Both the position numbers and the translations under genes were made by a program. From Candidatus Woesearchaeota archaeon (GTDB lineage: Archaea > Nanobdellota > Nanobdellia > Woesearchaeales > WJIZ01): a DNA stretch of 64,000 nucleotides. Positions 9,711 to 18,223 of this stretch are shown piece after piece (positions within the stretch are counted from its first letter, which is position 1; each line of letters begins with the position of its first letter). The stretch spans positions 736-64,735 of the forward strand of contig WJIZ01000024.1 of assembly GCA_014729995.1 (NCBI GenBank), written 5' to 3'. The notes under the pieces were generated by a model. It had not been told where the DNA came from. It worked only from the letters and a program-made list of their open reading frames with translations, and did not search any database.

Positions 9711-10294
9711 CAGCCATGCACTCCTGTCCAGTATTTCTGCTCATACTCATCGTATTCCATCTTTAACCTTCTCCTGGTGAGCCATATAAGCTTTTCTACT
9801 TCACGGTATATCATCACATCCCATACATCCCAGCCGTGCTTCTTTCTCATGACATAGTTGTTTAAAAATATTCTCAAATTTGCCCAAAACCTGTTCAGGC
9901 TCCATCTTGTATCTTCGTACATCTGCACTCCGCAGTTGAATGTTATCCATATCCTGCCCTTGGTAAATGTCCTTACTGCGCCGTCTTTCATCTTAACGTC
10001 AATATCGTGCGCATCATAGGTGTGAATGTAGATGTCAATATCAAACCTGTAGACATCTGTCTCCTCTTTTTCAGCGCGCCAGACGTACTGCCTTTCAACA
10101 CCGAAAGGTGAAGGATGCTTGTGCTTGTAGACGCGCTCGTGGAACTTGTATTTTCTCTCCCTTAGGTAATTTATCATGAACTCATACAAATCCTGCATGT
10201 CCCAAACGCCCTTAAACCTTATGGTGGGCAGAATCATCGGCCCCAGCAGGGGCTTCATGCTCTGCTTGAAATCCTTATAGGTTGTTTTCTGCAT
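9710..10294 (-). CDS. hypothetical protein, member B1 of a four-gene paralog array
   Basis: KGVWDMQDLYEFMINYLRERKYKFHERVYKHKHPSPFGVERQYVW is nearly identical in B2. Start overlaps the upstream stop (TAATG). Confidence 0.5.
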   Translation of the reverse strand: MQKTTYKDFKQSMKPLLGPMILPTIRFKGVWDMQDLYEFMINYLRERKYKFHERVYKHKHPSPFGVERQYVWRAEKEETDVYRFDIDIYIHTYDAHDIDVKMKDGAVRTFTKGRIWITFNCGVQMYEDTRWSLNRFWANLRIFLNNYVMRKKHGWDVWDVMIYREVEKLIWLTRRRLKMEYDEYEQKYWTGVHG

Positions 10295-10872
10295 TATCTC
10301 GGGCCTCTTTGATGCACTCCGGCAATATTGGCATATTCATAATCCCTTGTCTCTAATTTCAGCTTTCTCATCATGAATGTGTGCAGGGCAACAAGCTCAT
10401 GCCTGTACCTTGGGGAATAGCCCTGCATTATCTTCTTTTTTATGATAAATGTGACGTAAAACTTCTGGAGCTGCGCCCAAAAGGAGTTTTTCATGAATCT
10501 TTTTTCATGATCAAAATTGACAGATGTCTTCATTATCACCCATATCTTTCCCTTGGTGAAAATCCTCCTGTTACCTTCTTTGTCCACAGCTTCTAGGTCA
10601 CGGGCATCATACGTGTGGATGTATATGTCCATCCTTACATTGACATAATCATCGACATCCTGCTCTGCCATCCAGACATACTGCCTTTCCAAGCCAAACG
10701 GGGAAGGATGCTTGTGCTTGTAGACGCGCTCGTGGAATTTCCATTTCCTTTCCCTGAGCCAGTTAACAGTTGATTCATAAAAATCCTGCATGTCCCAAAC
10801 CCCCTTATGGCGAATGTGCAGCTGGAAAATGCCAGCGCTCATTTTCTTGGGAATATCCTTATAACTAGCCAT
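10294..10872 (-). CDS. hypothetical protein, member B2 of a four-gene paralog array
   Basis: HKGVWDMQDFYESTVNWLRERKWKFHERVYKHKHPSPFGLERQYVW. It is the first gene of the coupled array. Confidence 0.5.
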   Translation of the reverse strand: MASYKDIPKKMSAGIFQLHIRHKGVWDMQDFYESTVNWLRERKWKFHERVYKHKHPSPFGLERQYVWMAEQDVDDYVNVRMDIYIHTYDARDLEAVDKEGNRRIFTKGKIWVIMKTSVNFDHEKRFMKNSFWAQLQKFYVTFIIKKKIMQGYSPRYRHELVALHTFMMRKLKLETRDYEYANIAGVHQRGPR

Positions 10873-10933
10873 ATCTCTTATTTTTATTTAGAACTATAAA
10901 AGTCTTTCGTATATTGGTATGGGGATTGGTATA

Positions 10934-11896
10934 TTAATGTCTTCTCCAGTTGACAAAATTAAAATCATAGCCATTATTCTTAGTGTCAGCGCCTATTAAT
11001 CGATCCATTTCTGTAAGATTCAGACCCTTTCTACCTATGATCACGTTATTCTGAAGATAATCAAAGAATTTTTTTCCCTGAACAGTTAGCATAGGAAAAG
11101 GATTGATCCTTACTTCCATGTCCTGCCCAAGCTCATGTGTTCTCATTATTTTTTCTGCCGCAGCGTCATATACTGCTATAAAATACGAGCTGAAAAAGAC
11201 AGGATCATAACCTGATTTCTTATGCATCTTTCCCCTCCATACAGCATCCGAGTTATCGCCATATGAGGAAAGCTTTTTCCATTGTGAATGCTGTCTTATG
11301 TCATTATTTTCAAATATAGGAAGGTTTTGTATAACTATCTCATATTCTTTTTTCCTGGAAATTGAAGGTACTGCCACAAGAGCTTGTCCAGCATATATTT
11401 TATCAGGCATATTAATACTAAACTCGCCTTTTTTATATAGCCTGAAAAAATCATGCCCTCTTGCAGATCTCATCCATGTCGTGCCTCTTTTTCTTCCGTC
11501 GTTTCCTGTCCAGTAAAACCCAATAGCTGGTTTATAGCCCCTTTCATCCATTGCAGCTCTCTGTAGAAAATAAGGATAAATCATTGCTGATTCGCACAAT
11601 TTGTCTGTCAGACTTTTTCTGCACATGCTTTTTGGGACATTCCACTTTTTTCCTGCATAGTGTGCAATATCCTCAGATATGGCCACTGCCCTGTATATCA
11701 CTGGTGCAGAATTAAGATTCAGATAATGTTCATCAGAAAAGCTCTTTACGATATGGTTACTCATCTCACTTGTTATTCTGTGCTCCAAGGGCAGGATAAC
11801 AAGCTTTCCTTCTGCCTCCCGTATCTGTTCTGCAGCCAATGAAATATCAGAAGATGCAGTAAATGCAAGCCCTTCGGCAATTAAATTTGCGAGCAC
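10934..11896 (-). CDS. hypothetical protein
   Basis: 320-aa ORF ending 61 bp upstream of the paralog array. No recognisable motifs. Confidence 0.45.
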   Translation of the reverse strand: MLANLIAEGLAFTASSDISLAAEQIREAEGKLVILPLEHRITSEMSNHIVKSFSDEHYLNLNSAPVIYRAVAISEDIAHYAGKKWNVPKSMCRKSLTDKLCESAMIYPYFLQRAAMDERGYKPAIGFYWTGNDGRKRGTTWMRSARGHDFFRLYKKGEFSINMPDKIYAGQALVAVPSISRKKEYEIVIQNLPIFENNDIRQHSQWKKLSSYGDNSDAVWRGKMHKKSGYDPVFFSSYFIAVYDAAAEKIMRTHELGQDMEVRINPFPMLTVQGKKFFDYLQNNVIIGRKGLNLTEMDRLIGADTKNNGYDFNFVNWRRH

Positions 11897-12023
11897 ATCC
11901 TCATTTATCCTTTTAGGATGACATTTCTTATATCTCTCAGAACAGGCAAAATAGCTAGAAACGATATCCTGAAACCTCTGCCTATATCCATAACAGCAGA
12001 GAATTCTTTGTTATTTAAAAAAC

Positions 12024-13886
12024 CTAATAATTAACCAGCACTTCTAAATTCCTGCCAAACAACTGCTTCAATCCCTCAAAAAGCTTTTCCTTGATAAAGA
12101 CCCTGTCAGGAACTTTTATTCTGGAAATCGCTTTCTCGAAATCCTCAAGGGAGCTTTTCTGTATCGACTGTAATTTGCCGTCCTCGCTTATCTTTGCCTT
12201 GGAAATGTCTTTCTTCTCTGAGTCAATATCATGTACGATGTAGGCTTCCTTTCCCAGGAGAAGCACTTCTCCGAACTTATTCCCATACTTGACCCTTATC
12301 TTTGCCCTGTCCAGTTCCCTGCCTCGCTTTCTCTGTATGTATTCAATTAGTGCCTTGATTAGCGCGGCTGAATCTTTCTTTACCTTTTCCACTTCCTGCT
12401 TGGTTAATTTCTTTTCTTCATAGTCCTTCCTTGCTTTGATAATCTCGTTCAGGGTGCGGAGATACTTGGCGGGAATTATGCCTTTTGCTATTATCTCATC
12501 CTCAAACCTGGCCAGTATCTCCTCGTCGCTGATTTTTTCGATGCCTTCCTGCTTGAGAACGTCCCTTATAATAGTGATGACATTCTCGTATATCCTGACC
12601 ATGTCTTCCTCTTCCTTCATCTTTTCTATCTGGCCGAACAGGCGCTTTATTCTCTTTAGGTATTTTTTCGCATCAGCCAGCAGCTGGTCTACTTCCTTTC
12701 CTGAAATCTCTTTCTTTTCACCGTGCTCTATGTCTTTCCTGACATCAATATTCTTCCTTAATATATCAACGAACTTATCTTCCAACAGCCTTTCTTTTTT
12801 CACGAAAATATCCCTCATAAGCTCTGCTGTCTCGCGCGGTGCAGGAGGGGGAATGCCGTAAAGCATGAGCGCTGCCTGGGAAGGAGTCAGTATAGCGTAA
12901 TAGATATCTTCCATGCCTATATTCTTCAGAGTAAAGCCCACTCTTTTCAGCATCTGCTCCCCTGAGCTCATGAACATATCTATGGCTTCTGTAGAGGGCT
13001 TTATCTTGCCCATCTTCAGCAGCTGTTTCCACGGCATGAATATGCCCCTGTCGTAGAAAGGAACGCCGTCCCTTAAGAGGGTAAAGATTATAGGATTGGC
13101 TTCTTTCAGCGAATCCCAGAAATCAGTCAGTATATAGACCTGTATGTTGAGCTTGTTCTTTATTCCAGTAGCTTCGCCTGCTTCTATGCCCATCCCGATT
13201 ATTATGGCCCTCAGCTTGTCTTTGAGCTCAACACGGGTCATTTTCTTTACATCAGTATCATCAATCACAACCCACACATCTATGTCTGATGTCTTGGTGG
13301 CTTTGCCCTGAACAAGGGAGCCTGCGAGGACATAGCTGACTATATATTTCTCGAATTTCTTGAGAACCATTGTCTTGTGAACTTCAGCTATCTTGATGGC
13401 AGCAAGCATGCCGTTATCGTGAATGGGGGCGCCCATGGAAATCAGCTGCAGCAGCTCATATTTGCCGTCGTAGCAGTTCTGCCAAAGCTCTGACAGTATC
13501 ACCACGTCGGGAACAAGATTCTTGTCTATTTCCTTGGCGATATTATCCATTATAGACTGGAGCTTGCTTCTCAGCTCGTATTTTGCCATCTTTTTTGAAT
13601 CAGAATCATCAACAAGTATCATTACAGAAATCATATCCTTTTTTGGCTGCTCGCCCTCCTTTGGCTTTGGGGGCGGCAATAAGCTTATGCCCATGATATA
13701 CTTATCAAATTTCTCTAATGCTTTGTTCTTGAATTTTTCCAGCTTTTTCTTAATGGTCTTAAGCTTTTCCTGGGCATCCTTGGGAAGATTAGGTATCTTG
13801 GCATTAGGCATAGGCATATTCTTCAGCTCTTCTTCAGCCTGTTTTGATTTCTTTTTCTTGGTCATATTAAAACCCCAAAAGCTCAT
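12024..13886 (-). CDS. nucleotidyltransferase (Pol-beta superfamily) - HEPN-like fusion protein, large form
   Basis: GSLVQGKATKTSDIDVWVVID is an NTase motif. Downstream RKDIEHGE fits the Rx4-6H HEPN motif. LLRDGVPFYD is shared with the 54292-55107 paralog. Confidence 0.5.
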   Translation of the reverse strand: MSFWGFNMTKKKKSKQAEEELKNMPMPNAKIPNLPKDAQEKLKTIKKKLEKFKNKALEKFDKYIMGISLLPPPKPKEGEQPKKDMISVMILVDDSDSKKMAKYELRSKLQSIMDNIAKEIDKNLVPDVVILSELWQNCYDGKYELLQLISMGAPIHDNGMLAAIKIAEVHKTMVLKKFEKYIVSYVLAGSLVQGKATKTSDIDVWVVIDDTDVKKMTRVELKDKLRAIIIGMGIEAGEATGIKNKLNIQVYILTDFWDSLKEANPIIFTLLRDGVPFYDRGIFMPWKQLLKMGKIKPSTEAIDMFMSSGEQMLKRVGFTLKNIGMEDIYYAILTPSQAALMLYGIPPPAPRETAELMRDIFVKKERLLEDKFVDILRKNIDVRKDIEHGEKKEISGKEVDQLLADAKKYLKRIKRLFGQIEKMKEEEDMVRIYENVITIIRDVLKQEGIEKISDEEILARFEDEIIAKGIIPAKYLRTLNEIIKARKDYEEKKLTKQEVEKVKKDSAALIKALIEYIQRKRGRELDRAKIRVKYGNKFGEVLLLGKEAYIVHDIDSEKKDISKAKISEDGKLQSIQKSSLEDFEKAISRIKVPDRVFIKEKLFEGLKQLFGRNLEVLVNY

Positions 13887-13902
13887 GGGTAGTCAAGGTT
13901 AT

Positions 13903-15009
13903 TTAAAGTTTACGTATAAAGACTATATTTTCTTTCCTTATTACCTCATCCCTGCATTTTTTCCCTAAAATCCTGCATGCCCTGCTGCTTTTCATGCCCT
14001 TTACCTTATCCATATCCTTGCTGTCCAGGTCAGCGACAGCCTGCGCAAAATCATTCAGGCGGACAACATCCCCTTTGCTAAAATTGCCTTCCACCTTTTC
14101 AATTCCTATCGGGAGCAGGCTTGACTTCCCTTTTTTGAGCACCTCTTCCGCAAGCTTATTGACCCTAATCCTGCCACTGGGCTTTGCATTCAGAATCCAC
14201 CTCTTCTTTGAGGAGAGCTTTCCCTTAGCGAGGAACAGCGTGCCTATCTCCTCGCCACCCATTATCCTGGGAAGGACTTTTTGCTGCCTTCCGTCTGCAA
14301 TTATTGTCGAGCAGCCGGCATCCATTGCTATTTTTGCGGCATCTATCTTTGTATGCATACCCCCTACTGCAAACAAGCTTCCTGACCTGCCTGCATATCT
14401 CTTAATCCTCGGCGTGATTTTCTCTATGATGCTCAATTTCCCTGCCTTATCATTCTTTTTGGGGTTGTCATCGTACAGGCCGTCGATATCGGTGAGCAGG
14501 ATGAGCAAATCTGCATCTATCTTTGATGCAACAAGAGCACTTAAGCGGTCGTTGTCTCCAAACCTTGTCCCTATCTCATCTATGCTTATAACATCATTTT
14601 CATTTATTATGGGAACAACACCCATGCTAAGCAGTTTCTCTATGCAGCTGCGAAGATTCAGGAAAGTCTTCCTTTCGGATATGACATCATAGGTCATCAG
14701 TATCTGTGCTATCTCTATATGCTGCTTTGCGAATGCCTTTGCATATTCATTCATGAGTATCCGCTGGCCTACAGCTGCCAGGGACTGCTTCATCCTTATA
14801 TTCCTTGAGGCTTTCTTTATGCCGAGCTGCATGCTGCCGAAGCCTATAGCGCCAGAACTGACAAGAATGCATTCCCTGCTTTTCCTTACAAGCGAGCCCA
14901 ACTGTGCGGCAATTGATTTTATATACCCAGTATCTATGCCCTTATTCTTGGTAAGAATGTTTGTCCCTACCTTCACTACAACCCTTTTTGCACCGGAAAA
15001 ATTTCTCAT
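13903..15009 (-). CDS. proB: glutamate 5-kinase with PUA domain
   Basis: VVKVGTNILT...GGMHTKIDAAKIAMDAG. ATGA overlap with proA. Confidence 0.85.
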   Translation of the reverse strand: MRNFSGAKRVVVKVGTNILTKNKGIDTGYIKSIAAQLGSLVRKSRECILVSSGAIGFGSMQLGIKKASRNIRMKQSLAAVGQRILMNEYAKAFAKQHIEIAQILMTYDVISERKTFLNLRSCIEKLLSMGVVPIINENDVISIDEIGTRFGDNDRLSALVASKIDADLLILLTDIDGLYDDNPKKNDKAGKLSIIEKITPRIKRYAGRSGSLFAVGGMHTKIDAAKIAMDAGCSTIIADGRQQKVLPRIMGGEEIGTLFLAKGKLSSKKRWILNAKPSGRIRVNKLAEEVLKKGKSSLLPIGIEKVEGNFSKGDVVRLNDFAQAVADLDSKDMDKVKGMKSSRACRILGKKCRDEVIRKENIVFIRKL

Positions 15010-16319
15010 TCTTCCTCCAGCGGAAAATTCTTCGAAAGCTGCTTATGCGTGAATTTCTTTTTTGGCTGCTCTCCTGCATAATCAGCCACAATGTGACCAT
15101 TTCCTATTAATTTCCATTTATAGATAGCGAGCCCCTCTAAACCGACAGGCCCGCGGGCGTGTATCTTGGATGTGGAGATGCCCACCTCTGCCCCCAGGCC
15201 GTACCTATAGCCGTCTGAAAATCTTGTGGAACAGTTCCAGAATACATTAGCAGAATCTACCCTTAACATGAATTTTCTGGCCTTGGCTCTTGTCTTTGTG
15301 ACAATAACGTCTGTATGCCTGCTGCCATACCTATTAATATGCATTATTGCTTCGTCAATATCCTCAACAACCTTGATGGAAAGCATCAAGTCATTGTATT
15401 CTGTACTCCAGTCTTTTTCGCCGGCCTGCGGTATGCTCAATATCTTTCTTGTCTTGTCGTCTCCCAATAATTTGACATTGCATACGCCAAGGACATCCTT
15501 TAACTTATCCAGAAACTCTGAGGCAATCTTGGTGTGCACTAATAATGTTTCCATTGCATTGCATACTGCAGCATACTGGCATTTTGAGTCATAGCAGACC
15601 TTTACGGCCATATCCAAATCCGCTTCATCATCCACATACACATGGCAGATGCCGTCTGCATGCCCCAGGACCGGAATTCTTGTATTGTCCATGACATATC
15701 TTACAAACTTATTTGAGCCGCGCGGTATGATAAGATCGATGTATTCATCCATTGCGAGCATCTTTTTCACGTCGTCCCTTGTCTCAAGCAGCTGTATCCA
15801 TCCCCTGGGAACGCTGTACGATTCAGTCGACCTCCTGATAAGATCAAAGAGCGCCTTATTGGTGCTTGCAGCTTCTTTTCCGCCTTTAAGGATAACAGAA
15901 TTGCTTGATTTCAGGCACAGGCAGGATATCTGCACTAAAGCATCCGGGCGGGCTTCGAATATTACCCCTATTACGCCTATAGGGCAGCTCTGGCAGAATA
16001 ATTCAAGGCCTGTGTCGAGTTCTGTGGATTTCAGGGTTAATCCTATGGGGTCGTCCATCGCTGCAAGCTCATTTATTCCTGCTATGAGCTGGTTTATCTT
16101 TTCATCATCAAATACAAGCCTCTTAAGCAGCGCTTCCCCTATTTTCTGCTTCTTGGCAAGCTCAATATCCCTGCTGTTTTCCTGCTTCAGCTTTTCCCTT
16201 TCTATGTCTAAGGCCTTTGCTATTGCTTTCAGGCCGTTATTCTTATCGTCGCTGCTGAGGGTTGCCATAAGCATTGAAGCATTCTGCACTTCCTTTGCCT
16301 TGTCTTTTATATTCTTCAT
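15006..16319 (-). CDS. proA: gamma-glutamyl phosphate reductase
   Basis: Aldehyde dehydrogenase-like. C-terminus FWNCSTRFSDGYRYGLGAEVGISTSKIHARGPVGLEGL is typical of ProA. Confidence 0.85.
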   Translation of the reverse strand: MKNIKDKAKEVQNASMLMATLSSDDKNNGLKAIAKALDIEREKLKQENSRDIELAKKQKIGEALLKRLVFDDEKINQLIAGINELAAMDDPIGLTLKSTELDTGLELFCQSCPIGVIGVIFEARPDALVQISCLCLKSSNSVILKGGKEAASTNKALFDLIRRSTESYSVPRGWIQLLETRDDVKKMLAMDEYIDLIIPRGSNKFVRYVMDNTRIPVLGHADGICHVYVDDEADLDMAVKVCYDSKCQYAAVCNAMETLLVHTKIASEFLDKLKDVLGVCNVKLLGDDKTRKILSIPQAGEKDWSTEYNDLMLSIKVVEDIDEAIMHINRYGSRHTDVIVTKTRAKARKFMLRVDSANVFWNCSTRFSDGYRYGLGAEVGISTSKIHARGPVGLEGLAIYKWKLIGNGHIVADYAGEQPKKKFTHKQLSKNFPLEEE

Positions 16320-16350
16320 CTTTTTTCATCTGCCGCCATTTTGCTGTCAG

Positions 16351-17148
16351 CTATTTTCCCAGCTCCCTGCTCCTTTCAACGGCTTTCCTTATTGCTTTCT
16401 TTATCACTCCCTTTACATCTGAATTGTCCAGTATTTCCCTTCCTGCTATTGTGGTGCCACCGGGCGAGCTTACCATTCTGACCAGCTCTTCGGGCTGCAT
16501 CTTTTTTTCTGAAAGCAGCCTGGCTGTTCCCCTGAATGTCTGCAGAGTGAGTGCATAAGCAGTTTCCCTATCTAGGCTGTTTTCTATCCCTGCTTCGGTG
16601 AACGCTTTTATCAGCTCTGCGACAAATGCGGGGCCGCTGCCGCTTAATCCGGTTACTGCATCAAGCAGGCTTTCCTTCATCCTGTACGCGCTGCCTGAAG
16701 CATTTAGGATGAGCTCTATGGTTTCTATCTCCTGCTGCTCCATCTCGCTGTTAGGCGCAAAGCCTGCTGCCATCTCTGATACGAGGCAGGGCGTGTTGGG
16801 CATAACCCTTACTATCTTCTTCTTCCCTATAATTGACTCAATTTTGCTTATCTTTATTCCGGCTGCTATCGAGACTATAATATTATCCCTCCTGATATAA
16901 TCTTTTATCTCTTTAAGGACATCGTATATATCCTGGGGCTTGACAGCAAGAAAGATGACATCGGAATGCTGCACAACCTCCTTATTGCGATTAGTTGCAG
17001 AAATTTCAAGCTGTTTTACCTTATCCAGCTTAGCAGGATTGTTGTCAGAGGCGATTATCCCCTTAGCATCGCAGATGCCCATTTCAAGGATTCCCTTTAT
17101 CAGGGCAGTAGCCATATTTCCTGAACCTATAAAGCCTATTCTGACCAT
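16351..17148 (-). CDS. proC: pyrroline-5-carboxylate reductase
   Basis: MVRIGFIGSGNMATALIKGIL Rossmann N-terminus. First ATG at 17148; the track start 17166 is a TTG. Confidence 0.8.
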   Translation of the reverse strand: MVRIGFIGSGNMATALIKGILEMGICDAKGIIASDNNPAKLDKVKQLEISATNRNKEVVQHSDVIFLAVKPQDIYDVLKEIKDYIRRDNIIVSIAAGIKISKIESIIGKKKIVRVMPNTPCLVSEMAAGFAPNSEMEQQEIETIELILNASGSAYRMKESLLDAVTGLSGSGPAFVAELIKAFTEAGIENSLDRETAYALTLQTFRGTARLLSEKKMQPEELVRMVSSPGGTTIAGREILDNSDVKGVIKKAIRKAVERSRELGK

Positions 17149-17235
17149 GAAGCACGATGAAAACAATTTGCTTTAATAATTTTTGGGTTTGCCGGTGCTC
17201 TTAGAGGTGAGAGCATTTCAGGGAATTTGCAGAGC

Positions 17236-17445
17236 TTACTTCCCTTTCTTGGGCTTTACTGTGACATCAAACCCCTTATTTCTTATCTGCTTCAGGTAGT
17301 GTTCCAGGGACTCATTTTCGAATTCCTTTACCAAATTCCTAATCTGCCTCTTCTGCCCAAAATATTGAATAAGGAGCCATGTAATTGCAGCTAAGAAAAC
17401 AACATTCAGTATGATGCTTGATATGCTTATTGCTGTACATGCCAT
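17236..17445 (-). CDS. small hypothetical membrane protein
   Basis: One hydrophobic helix. Abuts the zinc-ribbon ORF. Confidence 0.3.
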   Translation of the reverse strand: MACTAISISSIILNVVFLAAITWLLIQYFGQKRQIRNLVKEFENESLEHYLKQIRNKGFDVTVKPKKGK

Positions 17446-17643
17446 TTATATGTCCTCCACATTGAGCTTAAATTCATCCTTATCTTCTATAAACTGCTTT
17501 AATTTACCGGCATTTTCCCCTACTTTGACAAGAATGCTGATATCCCCGAACTGCATATTGGCGCATTCCTCACAATAGAATTCATTGCCGTCTTTTATCT
17601 TAAATCCTGCATTATCACCGCATATTATGCATCTCTTAGCCAT
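17446..17643 (-). CDS. small zinc-ribbon protein
   Basis: CIICGDN...YCEECANMQF Cys4 arrangement. Confidence 0.4.
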   Translation of the reverse strand: MAKRCIICGDNAGFKIKDGNEFYCEECANMQFGDISILVKVGENAGKLKQFIEDKDEFKLNVEDI

Positions 17644-17810
17644 TAGAACCAGCTTTTAGATGGGGAAAAATTCCCGCTTCGTAATCCTAAACCACCCCAC
17701 AACCCATCCTTGTATGATAATTTCTCTTATTTAAAGTTTTGCTTTTTTATAGAGGAGAAATGTATACTGGGATAATAAAAATTGACTTAAATTTTCCGGA
17801 TTTTTCCAAT

Positions 17811-18149
17811 TTACCTGCATCTGGCCCTGGCCCATATCAAAAGCTGCGCCAGCAAAAAAACAAGCAATGCGAGCTGGACTGCCTGCAGCAGCATGAATGA
17901 AGAGAGAAACCTTGAAACAGGGCTCGGGCCAGCTGCTTCCTGGAATACTATAAGCGTAAACGCGAGAGCAATGCCTACAAAATAAAGCGCCAGCTTCTTC
18001 TTGTCTTTTGCATCATGTATCAGCCTAAGGACTATGATTGAGACAAAGATTAAATTGATTAAAGCCATTAAGGCCCAGGCATGGAAAGCTAAGGTTATCC
18101 ATATGCCAAAGAGTATAAGTATTATAAAAACCGACAGCGTCAAAAACAT
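17811..18149 (-). CDS. hypothetical integral membrane protein
   Basis: Three or four predicted TM helices. Confidence 0.35.
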   Translation of the reverse strand: MFLTLSVFIILILFGIWITLAFHAWALMALINLIFVSIIVLRLIHDAKDKKKLALYFVGIALAFTLIVFQEAAGPSPVSRFLSSFMLLQAVQLALLVFLLAQLLIWARARCR

Positions 18150-18223
18150 GTGTTCTGGGAATTGGCGGAAGCTTAAAAAATTTTAGTTATATTTAAATAA
18201 TAAAATCTTCATATTATAACATT

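Noticed and set aside
12436-16422. Multiple long plus-strand ORFs (12436-12861, 13522-13968, 13994-14692, 15649-16422)
   Set aside because: They lie antisense to the well-supported NTase-HEPN, proB and proA genes and have Ser/Leu-rich low-complexity translations typical of shadow ORFs.
17166-17166. Track start positions at 17166, 9186 and possibly others
   Set aside because: These correspond to TTG codons rendered as M. The nearest ATG (17148, 9171) fits conserved N-termini and gene spacing better.
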